Origin: Saccostrea cucullata
Lineage: Eukaryota
Reading direction: 5' to 3'
Length of the DNA stretch: 64,000 bases
Assembly (NCBI RefSeq): GCF_032062105.1
Contig: NW_026928448.1
Span: forward strand, 186,001 to 250,000
Shown: positions 15,116-30,175 of the stretch, piece by piece
Position numbering within the stretch: position 1 is the stretch's first letter
How the letters are laid out: every line of letters begins with the position of its first letter
Made by a program: the position numbers and the translations under genes
The notes under the pieces: model-generated
What the model saw: the letters and a program-made list of their open reading frames with translations, nothing else
The model's database searches: none
What the model was told of the DNA's origin: nothing

Positions 15116-16229
15116 AAAATTATACAATATAAATTAAAAAAAGTACAATATCCACTTGTAGAATTCAAATAAGAATTATATATTCAGATGGATAATGAAA
15201 CAGTTTACAATGCATATGTAATGTATGTTATCTCACATCATTCTCGAGAATATTTCACTCATACAATACAAATGAAAAAGGTCGAATATTGCAACGTTTG
15301 AAGTGCCATATGCACACATTTCAGTACTAGTGATAAAGGATAGCATGTTTTTATTTACGATAAGAATCATTTCATTGCCTATTAATTTTTGAATAAATAA
15401 TAAATACAATTATTGCATTCTATAAGGAGATAAAAAGAAAGCTGATCATGTTAACTTTATATAATGTGTATATATAAAATACAATACAACAATTTATGCA
15501 TAACCGACTATAAAACTAATAAAATCCCCCATGACCTCTTTAATACTGGCAAGGTTTCAAAATGATGCAGGGTATCAAAATGGGGGTTTTACTTTTCAGT
15601 CCCTTTAAAGCATAGATTAAGTATATTGTCATACGTTTATGACAACAAATTAGCAAATCATGCCTAAATAAACAATGTACCTCCCGTCTCGTCTTTATCC
15701 CTGCATAATCCGAGAGCAAGAAGAACAAAAAAGAGGCAAATGTTGAAGACGAGAGTCTTAGGTTATACACATATATTTTAATAAAAATTAAAAAATTGTA
15801 TTCATATAAATGCAACATGCATTTTGATAGCCCATGAACCCCTTAGATCGCTAATTTCTTTCCATAATCCTATCATCATTTAACACAGCACATCCTATCC
15901 TCCTTCATTGAAAAAGAAACATGCAAAACAGTTTGTAGAATGTTGCCATCTTTGTGACGTTTAATAATTTATTTTATGTCTTCAAATGCTCGGCAGGCTC
16001 ACCGCAGCTAGTTTTTGCCTAGTGACTAAAGGCCGACTAAAATAATACAATTATTTTTCAAGTAACTTCACTTACAAATCGCAAATTTCTTGGATTTCTT
16101 TAGGAAATATCTTCAAAATATACGTGATTCAAAAAATACTGTGGACAGCGCGGGAATAAAAATTCAAGTGATCCGCTCAGCTGACCACGTGATCCTGGAA
16201 TTTCGCATACCAAAGTTAAAAACATATTT

Positions 16230-16715
16230 TTAGCATATAGGTCACAGCAAGGTCAAAAGGTCATTAATCGTTTGAAAGAACTTAATTAGTGGACTATGCC
16301 TAAATATGCTTTATCATTGTTCAAAAGTTATTGAATCAAAAAACATTTTTGTAAATACAAGGTCATTCACCTTGGTGTCATTTGAAAGAACTTAATTAGT
16401 GGAGTATTCATACCAAATAAGAAGTCTCTATCTTTTATCATTCAAAAGTTATAGCGAAGGTTAAAGTTTGCAAAAAAAAACTATTTTTAGCATATAGGTT
16501 ATGCATACTAAATATGAAGTCTCTATCTTTCAATATGTTCAAAAAGCTATTTTTAGCATATAAACAACGCATTTAATACAGAAATTCAATTATAATCATA
16601 ATTGCTGTTTGAAGTTTTGAAAAGTATTATGAAAAATGTCTCAACCATTCATGGATATAAAGTTATTTAAAGTTTGCAGACAAACAGACAAACAGACAGA
16701 CAATATACGCCTATA
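16230..16715 (+). repeat. Satellite-bearing HINE-like element (aaggtca / gaagtctctatc units, ACAG tail); relatives near 41490-42055 and 54720-54905
   Basis: Repeated units tttgaaagaacttaattagtgga and gaagtctctatc...ttcaaaagttat, followed by (acag)n. Confidence 0.55.
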
Positions 16716-17744
16716 TAAAAAATCAAAATTTTAGCAAATATAAATTTTGTAAATGGATAAATTAGAATTTTCATGAAAACGTGTCTAAAACACTCACAAA
16801 TATAAAATTACAAAAAGAAAAGGCGGAGGACGGCGGAAGAAGGCTGTAGGTTGGAGAAGAGGTGGAGTTTCGTGCCCTGTAGCCGGAAGTATAATTGTAA
16901 GATTTGACTGGTTCATCTCTTTCCTAAAACATGAAACAAAACGACAATTGAAATAACGTCACTGTACAATATTTTAGACTTAATCACTCAAGGAGAACAC
17001 TTATTTATTACCATAAAAATCTTAAGTAGATTAAAATGTTTTTATGTTTTTCATTAGATTATAAAAAGGTATGAATGTGAAGTTTTACGACGTGTACAAA
17101 TATTGTTGGCCAGGTGTCATATTGGGTGTTTGCTTTATTACACAGACAGAAAAAGGCATTTAACACACACTAATTTATACATACGATCCATATGCAATTA
17201 CTTCAGTGTTACACTTGTTTAAGACATTCTTAATTGCAAAATAATTTCTAAAAAATCAAAAATTAATATGTTTTACGGTGTGACCGTTGGGGCGAGCGCA
17301 GTTGTACCATCAAAAACACTCTAAAAATTGATCAGCCACTTCAAACATCAAGCCGCACGAGACATCTCGACTAGCTGTGACGTCACACGCTGTCACGGAG
17401 CTCGTCGGAGCTTACGGAGACAGCCGAGCGTCTGTTTGAAACTATAGAACTAGTGCAATTTTGGTTGAAAAACATGGTAGAGTTATTTTTCGTTTCTTTG
17501 AAAGATTTCTACATGTACAAACCGATCTGGCCTTTTATGCTTTACGTTATTATTTATGTATTTTTTTATTTATTTGCGCAAAGGACATTGGGTAGTGCAG
17601 GAATTCTGGGAATGTTTCACAGAGAAATTTGGCTGACGTATGTACAGATTTCAATCCGAATTTCCTCTGTTCTTACACGTTAGTCTATTGACGCTCGCTG
17701 CGCTCGCTATTATTATATAAGTATATGCCAGCGCTAGAATGAGA

Positions 17745-18060
17745 CCAGTAGCTTAATTGGTAGAGCGATTGTCGTCGGGAGTTCGTAGTTACGAATTCGG
17801 GTGCGAAAAACTTACATCGATAAATAGATATAGGCAACTCATCCTTTGCCAAACACCCGATCTTCGCGGCGAAGGTTTCAGTTTAATCCTTCAGGTTGGA
17901 CCTTAAAAACTAAGGCCACGGCAGGCCTTGGAACCTTTATGAACCCTTACTAATTATTGATCCTTCGGACAGAGGAAACATCTTTACGAGTAGCTCTTTC
18001 TTGGTATTTGGTAACGTATCCAGTGTGAGAAATTATCGTACAAGGGACGTTAAATTACAA
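17745..18060 (+). mobile_element. tRNA-derived SINE (degenerate)
   Basis: A-box-like gtagcttaattggtagagc. 3' tail gggacgttaaa shared with the other SINE copies. Confidence 0.55.
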
Positions 18061-20763
18061 TCGCTGTGATTCATAACAATTATGATAACACACATCTATA
18101 TGGTGTCATATGATTTTGTTTTAATTATAGAATCAACCTCAGACTAATTTAAAATTTAAAACATTGAAAAGAACCTTCAGTTTATCTTTCTTGTATCACT
18201 GGAACATTAAAAGTCAATAATTAATCTTTAATTAAGATCTTTAAGGTATATTAAAATCAATATTTTATCATTTCTACGCCTTCAAATTGAAATAAATTCT
18301 TTGAAAAATCCCGATTTGACGAGAGTTAACTTGATATTTCCTGGTTAGCACTGTGGTCCTTGACACACTATGATAACTGTAAAAAAAAATAATAACTAGT
18401 CCTCATATTATGATATGAAAGCTTAAATAAATTCACAGAGAGCAAACATTCTCATTATAACACAAGATATGCAAGGTATCAAGTTTTTGACAACATAAAT
18501 ACGTATGTATGACACGTATGTTTTTGTGCTAGAAAAGGAGAAAAATAAAAAGGGTTAATACTTATATCGTTTGTTTGCCTAGACAACAATACAGGTAACG
18601 AGATCATTTTGTCATAAAAAAAATACCTCAGTCACGTTGACACTAATCCTTAATACACAACGAATGATTTTATTTGCTGATTTTATATTCCGGGTTATGT
18701 TGAGATAAATTCTTTTACCTTTCAAGACAAACATAATTGTTTTTCAAAAAAAAAATGCGGAATGTTCACAAATTATATCATTATATATATGAAGCGGTCA
18801 TAACACTATTATCTATTTCAGTGAAACACAATAGGGGACTGGGATGCTCTTCCATGACACCTGATTTGACCTTGACATTATCAAACATTCTTGTTTGCTC
18901 TGCCCACAATCTGTATTGTTTTCCTTGCACTTTTGAGCGTGTTTACTCTTTTCTTCCTTCAGCTGTAAAATAAAACACAAACATTATTTTTCAAATGTTC
19001 AATTATCTAAAAAAAAATCATTTGTAGGCATATTCTTACGTCAATTGATATTTCATACTCCTACGTTAAATATAAGTATTTTTGTAAAGAATCTGTCGTA
19101 AAAAACGAGTTTAAGGAGATAAATATAAAACTAAGGAAGTTGTATTTGTTTTCCAAAAAACACAAAACCTCCTAATCATAGAAAAAAAAATTTAGAAATT
19201 ATAAAAATGACTAACACAAGTACTTCGATTTGTTATGTTTATATCATTAATAAGTTCAGTCTTTTATATATAAACAAATATATATACATATAAAAGATCA
19301 TACCTCTCTTAGTTAACATCTTTTTTAAATGAAGGATAACAAAGCCTCACACACTTTAAAAAGTTCATTAAATGTTTAATCTATTATCAAATTCCTTCTA
19401 TTTTATGCTTGCTAAAATCTCATAAACTACGAAAATTATTTTTTTTATCAAAATATTACGTCATAATATCATTTTAAAAGAAAAACTTGTTTACAGTTCT
19501 TAAGTTCATTTTCTATGACATGAACATTATACATATATTTGCTTTACCAGAATATTTGCCCCAAGGTGACAGGAAACTTGGTCACCGAGGGGCAAATATA
19601 GAATTAAGCCATGCAATATATGGTATATAACATTTTTAAGCATTGAACCCAAATCGATCATCGAACATATTTTTTAAACCTATGTACACATATTTACGTT
19701 GAGTATAATATTCCGAAAAATCCCGTCCTGTTTCATGGCAGAATGTTTTCAGTATGCTGACATTTGTGTTGATAACCTTTGTTGTATTTAAAGAATTTTT
19801 CTCTTCAAATAAATTATTTAAAACTTTTTAACTTTCGCAGAACTGTTTACGTTTGCTTAGCAACTGCCTCTGTTCGAACCCGACGTAATTAACTGGGAAA
19901 ATTTAATCAAAAATGTTATATTAAGTGTATATTGCATAATAATTCAGTAAGTTGTAAAGAGTTAAGCTTAAGTTTATTAAGTTCATTTTTTACGAGATTT
20001 TGCTTAACTTGGTCTATAGGATTTGGTACATGTAACATTGCATAGATCCTTAAATTACTCTTGTCCTTGTTAGCAAAAAGGTGTACATAGAATTATTTAT
20101 AAACCTAAAAATTCTAATTGTGCTGAAACCCTAATCACCTAACACTTATTACAGCTTGTGGTTTTTTTTCTTTAATAGATACAAATCAAACATTAATAAT
20201 ATAAATGCTCGACAAAATTACATCACATATTGTATTTGTACGCTAGTATATCTTCCATGTTGAAAAAAATGTGCATACATATTATTTTTGTAAATGTTCA
20301 AATGCTCACTTCAAAGGAAAAAAAACAGGGCGATAAAAACATCATTAGCTGATTTTTCAAAACCATATACATGTAAGAGCATCAAAATTTTATAAAGATA
20401 TTTTACAAATGAGCCTCAAATATTTGTACTGTTATACCATATACGAACATCAAAAGATTAAATTTATATACCATATATGAGCAACTAATATAAATTTGAT
20501 ATATTATAAAGGAATTTAGAATTAATACTTAAAATCACTCGTCAATAAAAGTTATTCATCGTTAACATAGTTTAAAAATCAAATGCTTCCTTATTTGAAA
20601 TATTTAGGTTTTTCCCATTGAAGTTTTTCTATTTATAAAATTCTGAAAATAAATGTGTATACCTATCTTTATTTCAATAACAGTTTCATATAGAGAAGGT
20701 CGCTCGGGGTGTAAGGATTGTTTTTCTGAGTTATGTTATCTTGGTCAGCTGAAAAATAACACC

Positions 20764-21889
20764 ATGTCACAGATCCCTACACCTAAGGAACTGGATAAAG
20801 ACATTCTTCAAACAAAGCACAAAATTTCATTGTTCAACACACATGTACGGAATTTGAAAGAAAAGCGGGAAAATGATCACGAAGTGTATGAAGAAGACTT
20901 ACTTGATAGTGCAAGTGTAAACAGATTAATCCCAAAACTCTCCGATCTAAAACTGGAAGTGGAAAAATTAGAATTAAACTTGCAGAAATTCAACGAAATT
21001 TGCAAGCAAGGTTTGCTACCAGGTAACTTTTCATCAGCACTCTTATGTTAACACTTAAAAATTGTTTTTGAAAAAAGTCGGTGTCCTCATAACATTGTAA
21101 TTCATTATCGTTGTAAAGAAAGAGATTGTTAAATCTTTGATTTCATACAGGTGGAATATCTACCACTCCGATTCAGGAAGAGGGATCTCTGGACAAGGTA
21201 TGAGTAATATGCAATGAATACAAATTTAAATTTATGACATCGCTTTTTATGTAAATAACTGTTACGTGTAAGTTATTCTCCATTTCACAGTTTGACTCCT
21301 CAGAAATGGTCACAAAAAGAAATCGGCAAGGTACTCTCTTCGATGATAATTAACAAATCAATCAATTTGAACAAGTTCTGTTTTATTTCATCTAATGTGT
21401 CTTGTACTTTTCAGTTGCTCCTCATCCACCCTCTAAAACAGACAGTGGAATTAGTATCGGTATGGACGAAAGATTATCCAGACCAGGTAACTATGGCAAT
21501 AATGGTGGTTATGAGTAAGGACATACTTCTGATTAAAAAAAAATAGAAAATACTTTCATTAATAATTGAAATAATTCAAATTGTCTTATAATTTCAGATT
21601 CCATCGCTTCAAACCGGTCTTTGTCCACTGTATCTGAGGTATGTTATCCAATAATCTGTAGATTGTTGTAAAACAACGATACGTATTATCGATTTAACAA
21701 ATTTCTCACTGATATACTTTAACTTTTCAGCCTTGTGAGTCTGATGATCCAAGCTGTCCATTTAGAAGAAAAATGTCAAAACGAACAGAGAATCTTCTCA
21801 CCAAACAAGCCAAAAATGCTTCCAGCCGACGAGTGGCCAAAAACGACAGCGACAAACCAATGTCTCCAGGTAGATCTTCAAGCCTTTGA
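20764..21889 (+). CDS. Uncharacterised small protein, family member D (~205 aa; helical N-domain, KTDSGISI, ends SSSL)
   Basis: Exons 20764-21022, 21151-21197, 21291-21330, 21415-21486, 21598-21638, 21731-21889 (618 nt) with canonical splice sites and an open frame. AATAAA near 22395. N-terminus similar to the genes at 47531 and 50775. Confidence 0.8.
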
Positions 21890-22781
21890 ATCTGCCCCTG
21901 TGTATATATGCATGTGTCAATAATATCAAGAGGATCCCATGAGGAACAAAGTTTCTCTACTACTAACTTACCTCTAAGAAGTGCAAGGGCGGTTTTTTTT
22001 TATCAATTGCAAGAGACAGATAAAAGTGCATTTGCTCCAGTTGACATTGGTATAAAACTATTATATTACGTACGAGCCTAGATATTGCATATAAATGTCT
22101 TCCGAAGACTTCCACTTCCTCAATTTAAATGTTAACAGATAGAGACATTTACTATTCAAATACTTAAATTGTACTTAGAAGAGAACATTAATTTATAGTG
22201 AATGTTTTTGTGCTTGTTATCTACATGTATAGTCTTTGATTTATCAACTTTTTTACATTAATTATTATTCCTGGAACAAGTATGTCATGCATACAAGTAT
22301 ATGTAGTGGTTGTGTGTGCTTATGGATGTGTATTGTGTTTATTTTATTTTTTTTCTGGGGATAATTAATGTTACATGTATTTACAAAAAAGTGCAATAAA
22401 TCTAGTTGTTAACCTTATATTTTTTCATGTATCAATCGAACATGATACACTAAATATAGATGCATTCAATACATTCAAGTACATAATTAAGAAATTAATT
22501 GTGCAGACACAAAACAATTAAAGTTAAACTAAAAAAGGAAAAAAATTGAACGATTGAACATGTCGTCAATATTTGATGGCCGTGGTTATTTTTAACTAGA
22601 TTTGTAAACGAAATCAGGGAAGTTTGTGTGGGTATACCCATTATATTTTAGAGTCAACTGTTAGTCACTTACGTCCACACAAACACGTAACAGCGCAAAA
22701 CATACCCTATTGGAACAGGATAAAGGGTAATTAAATTGCTAGTATATAACATTTAAAAGTTCTTCATTTAATGTGGTGCCC

Positions 22782-23000
22782 ATGGGGTGCAGTGGTTGGA
22801 GCGTTTGCTTGATAACGTCGCACAGTAAACAATTAATCCTTACGTCGTAGGTATGAATCCCACTGCAAGACGCGGCGACTGTTTTTTTTTCGGAGAACTG
22901 TATAAACCAAGGTCGCAGTAGATGCTGTCCTGTAAAGGTCCTTCACTGCTCAGAGACCTTAAGTTCCGAGTACAGGCTCTGAATTTGCAGTTCACTTCTA
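22782..23000 (+). mobile_element. tRNA-derived SINE
   Basis: Head gcagtggttggagcg ... ggtatgaatcccactg, body gtataaaccaaggtc...cttcactgctc, similar to the 24438 copy. Confidence 0.65.
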
Positions 23001-24437
23001 GAGAACATAAAATATTCTACTAATAATTCACAGAGCAGTGTTTGAAATAATACTTTTGAGAATGAAGAAGGTGAAGATGAATATTGTTAAACCTACAAAC
23101 AATACAAAACTGTAAATAGAACCCAGAATTTTAATAAGTGAAATAAGTTGTCTAAAGCTACAAGGATATCTCCCATTTATTGGAGTATCTTTCTTTATTA
23201 CTAAAATATGTTGATATAACTTTATATACTTGGTACATAGTAAGTATTAAAAGCACAATAATGAACATCTTGTAACATTTAGCAGTGATTCATTAGAAGA
23301 AGATTATCAGTGTTCTTTTAACACTTTTGAATTATTGCTTATCTTCATCCTAACACAATTGTTAGTTGTTGCATACATGCAAGTAGCTGCCAGTTTCTTC
23401 AATTTGTCTTTTCCTCAGATGATACTAAAATATTTGTCTTAAAGAAGTTGGTTTTCCCTAATTTGGAAAAAAAAACATACCATTTAAAAACGAACTACTG
23501 TACAAAACGATAACGTTGTCCTGTTTCTTCAACATACTATTGAGAAGTTTTTTTTTTTAAGAAAATGAAGTAAATTTTATGGAATGAAACTGCAACTTAG
23601 GCAAATTGCATCTCCATTAAAACTACAGTTAATATGTGTTCATTGCTTCAAGGAAAAGATCTTTTTATGGGAATATTAGGAAAACATGGGGCTCAGCTAG
23701 GTAGATATAACAGGTAAACAGGAGATGCTTTCTCGTCACTGGGCACCTGGTCCAATCTAGTGTCTTACGTCCTTTTCACAGATCTGTTTTCTTTTTCTCT
23801 TTTTTAATTTCATTTTTAGATCGATCACAGTTCGTTATTTCACTTTGTTTATAAACAATGGAATTAAGAAAGAAAGAAGTGTAAACCACTTTCACTTTCA
23901 CTTTAGCTCAGTTTGACATAGTATTTTCTTTTTTGTTTAAATAACAAAACGTTTTAATGGTAAAGTAGAAATTGTAAGACTATTTTTTAATCTTCAAACA
24001 ACAAGCTAAATCTTTTTGAAAATTATATGAAAAGCGCTTTGCCATGTTTTAAAAACATTTTAATATTTTCCTACTTCAAACATGATCAAGAAAGGGGAAA
24101 TATTTATCTATTAAAGTCTTCAAAACTAACACATGTGAAAAATATAATTTCAATCATTAACACTGACTAATGTTGAATTCTAAAATCCTAATTTAATGAT
24201 AAATAGATTTCACATAAAATTTCCAATATGCAAAAATATCATTGACCTTGAATAAGAATTGTTTTCTTTTTTTGAAATTAAAAACAAAAAATGACCTTTC
24301 TTTTTTATTTGTATATATAAATTTGAAATCTTCCTGTTTACATCACTTGATTCAAACACAAATGGTGTCATAAAAATGTGGACGTCTTTGTGTTTTCTGT
24401 GCAATTGGTAACTCTGATTTCATGAACTCTGTTTAGT

Positions 24438-24738
24438 AGCCCGCATGACGCAGTTGTAAGAGCGTTAAAAAAAACTTTGATCTAGAGTCGTGGAGTAAGT
24501 AGTTGATCCTTATGTCACAGGTTCAAATCCCACTGTGGGACGTAAAGACCAGTTTTTCAGATGAGACCGTATAAATCAAGGTCCTGTGGTCGCAATAGGT
24601 TCTGGCACGAAAAAGATCCCTCATTACTCATTTGGCCTGAGCGCTGAGTGCCGAGTATACGTCAAAATTTGCAGCTCTCCACCGCCGTCTCCCAATGATT
24701 GAAAAATTCTCACGAGGCCCAGTAAACAACAAACAACC
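24438..24738 (+). mobile_element. tRNA-derived SINE (near full length); partial copies 27030-27212 and 61795-61862
   Basis: B-box-like ggttcaaatcc, body gagaccgtataaa...ggcacgaaaaagatccctca, (caaa)n tail. Confidence 0.7.
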
Positions 24739-27700
24739 ATTTAATTTTTAAAGGCATTTTCTCCATGGACTCAATAAGCTGCCTATAGTAAATAAGAAAA
24801 TATATTTACGAATGAGCCGGGCAGACAAAGAAATGTACATGTTCTTTAATGTTCATCTAGTTTATAGTTTATAAAAAATGACTTTATAATTCATCTAGTT
24901 TATAGTTTACTGTAATTTCTATTTTTTTTATTGTTTTAAAACTTTGTATACAGATAAGCTTACATATCTTTATTTTTACAGAGTATTCAAGCCGTTAACG
25001 GGTTAGACAGGTCAACAGGGGTTGCTTACTCCTCCTATGACCTGATCCCATCTTTGGAATTGCCAGAATCCGGCGTTTTATGCCCTTCTCACATATTTGT
25101 ATTGATTATCGATTTTTTTTGAGGTCGATCACTGTTTGTTATCTTCACTTTTTACATTCATTTGTGTTTTTATAAAACAGCAGAACCAGGAAAACGTTGG
25201 CTTCGTTCTTTTAATAGATAGTTTAATTATTTGTTATGATAAATGTGAGACTAAACAAGGAATTTCTCTGTCTTTTTATGTTTATTTTAAGATACATTTT
25301 AATGCTAAAAATAAATTTTTCAAAATCTATTTTATTCTACAAAAAAATAACTATTTAATTTTCATGCACAAGCACATACGCAATTAAATTCAAATCTTAT
25401 ATAAAGAACCTGCACCGTGTTTACATGATCAAAATGTAAAATACTCCGAATTAAATTTGAAACGTGTTTCAATGCAGAATTCAATACAAATTGGTTACAT
25501 TTGAATTGATTGACCGTTTATGTGATTTGCAACAACAATTATTTAATTTTTGCACAGGAACATACGCATTTAAGTTCAAATCTTACATATAAAGAACATA
25601 TTCCGTGCATCAACTCGCGCGCTTCTAAGTGTGGACGTAAACCTCCACCCCAAAGCCTATCCCTTTATATTTAATATTTTGTAAAATTCATATTTTATTA
25701 TAGTTTTTAAAATGTTTTACTGCTTCTATGTATTTTGTTTTGATTACTACAGCTTTTAAGGTTTTGATTGTCTTTTTGATGAATCTTTTTTTGCCAACTT
25801 TTTTCTTTTGATGTTTGCCTATTTTGTTTTGATGTGCCATCTTTTTCAACTTTTTAATATGATGTTTTGATGCCTTCTTTTTTACAGGTTAAACATATTT
25901 TACATAACTGATGAGCAATGAGCTTCTTGTTTGTTAAATTGTTCACAGTTATACCGCCTGCAATATGACATATAATGACATGAAAGTGTCCATGTTTTAC
26001 AAAATAGCAAAAACAATATATGTTATATCAAAAAGTAAAATAGGAGGTGCACAATGGCAATATGTAATAAACATTCTGTGAAAGTATCATTAAATTTCCT
26101 TCACTGGTATTACTTTTTAGGAGTTTTACAGGTTTAATAATGCATTGTACAAAGCGTAACAGACGGATAAAATTAACTTTATACCTTATTTTAATATATA
26201 CCCTGCAGCTTTTCCATGCTATAAGCAATTTCATGTCCGTTGAATTAATTCAAATTAAACAAATTCGCATGAAATTTCCCGTCTAAATGCAGTTCAAACT
26301 AGAGGTACTGTTCGTTATTAGCTCACAATATGATACCCTCGTCTCCTATATGATTATAATGGCATATTATTATTAAGTTCTTTTTTGCTCTTGGAGACCC
26401 GAAAAAGTTATCAGATCAAAAAGTAAAATAGGATGTGCACAATGGTATTATGTAAAGAAGAATCTGTGTAAGTTTCATTAAATTTTGTTTATTAGTAGAG
26501 GAGGAGTTGCGGATAAGAGGTGGATACCTTTCAATATTATAAAAAGTACTGCCGTGTCCATTTTTAACATGGGGAACTCAAAATATGTATCCGATCAAAA
26601 CTGTAAAGGTATACAAGGCACTATGTAACAAAGATTTTGTGAAAGTCTCATTAAATTTGATTTAGTGGTAGTTGCGGATAAGAGATGGATACCTCAAAGC
26701 GTAACAGACGGACGCACGGACATCCCAAATACTATATACTGGTGTACCCTCCCGCTTTTCAAACGGATGGTGTATAAAATCCATTTCCAAACGGAAAGTT
26801 TTTTTGGATTAAAAGTAAGTTACCTCAAGTTACACAATGTTATTTGTATTGCAATCACACTGAGAATACAATGCAAATTAGTTTAATTCGAATTAATTTA
26901 CAACAAAACAAATTACTTTACATAATTCATTAGCAAAGTTAATTCTAATTTAATTTTGACACATATATGTAACAACAAAACCTGCAACATGCCATTACAA
27001 ATAACATTTCTTGGTGAAGTAACAAAAACCGGTCCTTCGGATAAGACCGTATAAAACGAGGTTCAATGTCACAGTAGGTGCAGGCACGAAAAAGATCCCT
27101 CACTGCTCAATGGCCCATTGCCAAGTATAGGACAAAATTTGCAGCTAGTAAATGTTGCCGTCTCTATATGACTGAAACATTCTCGAAAGGGACGTTAAAC
27201 ATCAAACAAACAAAGACAACTTTTATATCTTATATGACATGCAGGCGTGCAGTATCGAGCGGAGAGCGGAGAAGTGCACTTTTCGATAACATTTTTACTG
27301 TTAAATACCGGTAAGTATAAAAATGTTCATTGAAAGAGCTTTTTTGCAACATGGTTAAGGTTTCCTACGGTTTATTTTAAAATTCTTTCTTATCAAAAAT
27401 GCTTTGTAAAATTATGATGAAGACGGAAACACTTATATAAGAAATATTTCGATCAAAATTGGGTTTTTTAAATTTGCTTTTATTTGATGTTTGAGGATTG
27501 AATTTAACTGGCATACAAAGAAATGTTCCCATTTGTGAGAAAAAAACTCATTGCATTGCCTTTATGGCATCTAACACATCATAAACTTATTATTTTTTTT
27601 ATTCATTTAGGTTTTAAAAGTTTTGTATAAATGAAATTTTAATCATCCTTGATTTTGTTATTTTTGCACTGCCTTTATGGTTTGGGTCAGTTTCTTTATA

Positions 27701-29224
27701 ACACATTATAAGGATATTATTTTTTTTAAATTTCATTTTTAAATAATTGAACAACTGTGGGTGTAAAATTGTGGTGATTTTTATGTTCAAATTTGGCCAA
27801 TAATACATAATTTTGTAATAACTGATACACAGAACTAGCAGCCATGATGTTTTTTACATGAGGTAAGAAGTTAAAGTTAAAGGCACATTTATTAAATCTG
27901 GATTTTTTTGAATCCCATACTGGAAATAAGAGGATTGCATGGATACAGATGATTCAGCTGGTTGTCAAGGGGGTGTGTCCCCATACAAAACCAGGTTATT
28001 AAGAGATGGTTTGCGTTCCTTTTTGGAAATCAACCAATTAGAGACTAGAATATATACAAAATTAAATTATATATATTTAATATTCAATGTAATTCTAAAT
28101 AGCCATGCTATGTCTGTTGAAATAAAAAAAAAACTAACAATTGGCGATGCAAATACCCTGGGAAAAACAGCTTACGTATATTTTTCAAATCTTACGTCTG
28201 CCTTTATTGAATTACTAAATAAAACAATTGACACAAAACATTTAAAACAACTCACAATCTAACAGTTCTATGAGGAAGTATTCTAAAAATTAGGTTAGAG
28301 AGTATAAATTTCCAGAAATCAATTTTGAGAAAATTTACAATAAATTCCTAAGAACACAATTTTATTGAATGTATTTAAAAACCATAACAAAAACATCATG
28401 TTTCCAATTAAAAAAGCTACTATATTTTTGTCATGTCATCAAATTTGTGATTGTTGCCAAATATCTCTTTACTCTGTAAGTTTGAAACTGCGCAGTATTT
28501 ACTTATTTTCTTATAAAAACATATCAGACAAAAGGAAAATGTAAGAAAATACGGTCAGACGTTAAAACGATAATTAACAAAATGTTATATTTCATGATAT
28601 TTTATATTTGAGAATACCGAGATCACATGCCAAGCAATTTAGACCCAAATATCACTAGTGCATTTGTACTTTTTGTACTCCATTGGTATAGTTTACATAG
28701 CATCCCTGTTTTAAATGTTACAGAGCAACTAGGGTATCTCCCTACTTTTCCCGTGAAGCAAGATATAGGTTTGAGGATGTTCACATTAATTGAATTCCAT
28801 AAATGCTTGATTGTCTATCCCGACGAATTTTTTTATATATCAGCAGAAAAGATGTAAGAAAGTAAATTTTCCATGTTTTTAAGAGTGCAGTTGTCTTTAA
28901 TTCTTTAACTAATTTTTGTATATATGTTTATTACATATCATCTGAGAGGCATTTTATTTCCATTTCGAGAGAGATGTTAATTTATAAAATCTTAACAATA
29001 TTTGTTCTACCGAGCCTCTTTCTTCACTCATCACTAAAATAGTAACAGCAGTGAAGGAGAATATTCAGGAGTATTGTGCAACAATATGTTGGAGAAGTGG
29101 TATAAATCAGAATAAAAGTTCCTAAGACCTTTTGGAAAATTTGAAATCACAAAATTTTACCAAAATCAACAGCATAAAAACTTAACGACTTCTAATTTTT
29201 TTAAACAACCATTTCCCACGATGA

Positions 29225-30175
29225 ATTAAAGTCCAGACTCTTTGATATCATTGACAGCTGCTTTTTCAATACACTGAAGTTGATATTAAAAAGAAGTTTG
29301 AGTTTCTGGTTGACAATATCTACTGAGTATGTGGTTTTTGGAGACCAGGACTTCAAACTACTTTTGAAATTCCCATAGTTATCAATTGTACCTCTTTATT
29401 AGCAGACCTATTTTTTTGTATTCATATGAAGCAGAATTTGGGCAATATTTTATACGTGAAAAGAAGAAAACACTTGCTGTGGCCTTCAACTCGACATTTT
29501 GATATATCGACGACGTATTATCAAATACAAATGCTTATTGCTTTTCTCGTGTCTATACGATATATCCCTGTGAGCTTGAAATAAAGATAACACAGACTCT
29601 GACACATCTGTTTCATGTTTAAATATTTTACTTGAAAAATACCTTAATGGTTATCTAACTACGAAACTTTATGATAAACATGATGACTTTAACTTTTTAA
29701 TCGTCAACTTCCCTTACAGCATTTTATATTATATTGCAGCAATATACCTTCATCATCTGCATACGAGGTTTATATCTCTCAGTTTATTTGGTATGCAAGA
29801 GCATGCTCTAAGTATGAACAATTTCTAAAGCTAGGTAAATTAATGACAGCCAATTTGCTGACACAAGAATATTAACAGTATTCTTTAAAGTCATCATTTA
29901 GTAAGTTATGTGGTCTATACAATGATCTTGTCAGCAAAGACAATCTATCATTAAGTTAAATGCTGACAGAACTTTTTTCATATTTATTGTTATATTTGTT
30001 ATAATTATATACACACTGAATTGTTGGCGGATTTTCTCCGTTATTTTCCGATCATGACAAGGAGCACATGGCGGGTGTGACCGATCAGCAGGGGATGCAC
30101 ACTCCTCTACGGCACCTGATCCTACCTTTGATTATTTGGAAATCCGTGTTTTCTCTACTCCTGTTTGTCTTGTTA
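29225..30175 (+). mobile_element. Penelope-like retroelement relic (RT C-terminal half plus 3' end), degraded
   Basis: FLVDNI..., AFNSTF*YIDDVLS, VNFPY, YISQFIWYARACS, followed by the ggcgggtgtgaccgatcagcaggggatg...cacctgatcc 3' motif. Confidence 0.8.

Noticed and set aside
19553-19599. Short hairpin atatttgccccc...gggggcaaatat (also 13435-13531)
   Set aside because: Most likely MITE remnants; nothing supports a terminator or ncRNA role.
17745-24545. tRNA-like heads at ~17745, 22785 and 24440 as tRNA genes
   Set aside because: I could not fold a complete cloverleaf, and each runs into a SINE-like body or tail.
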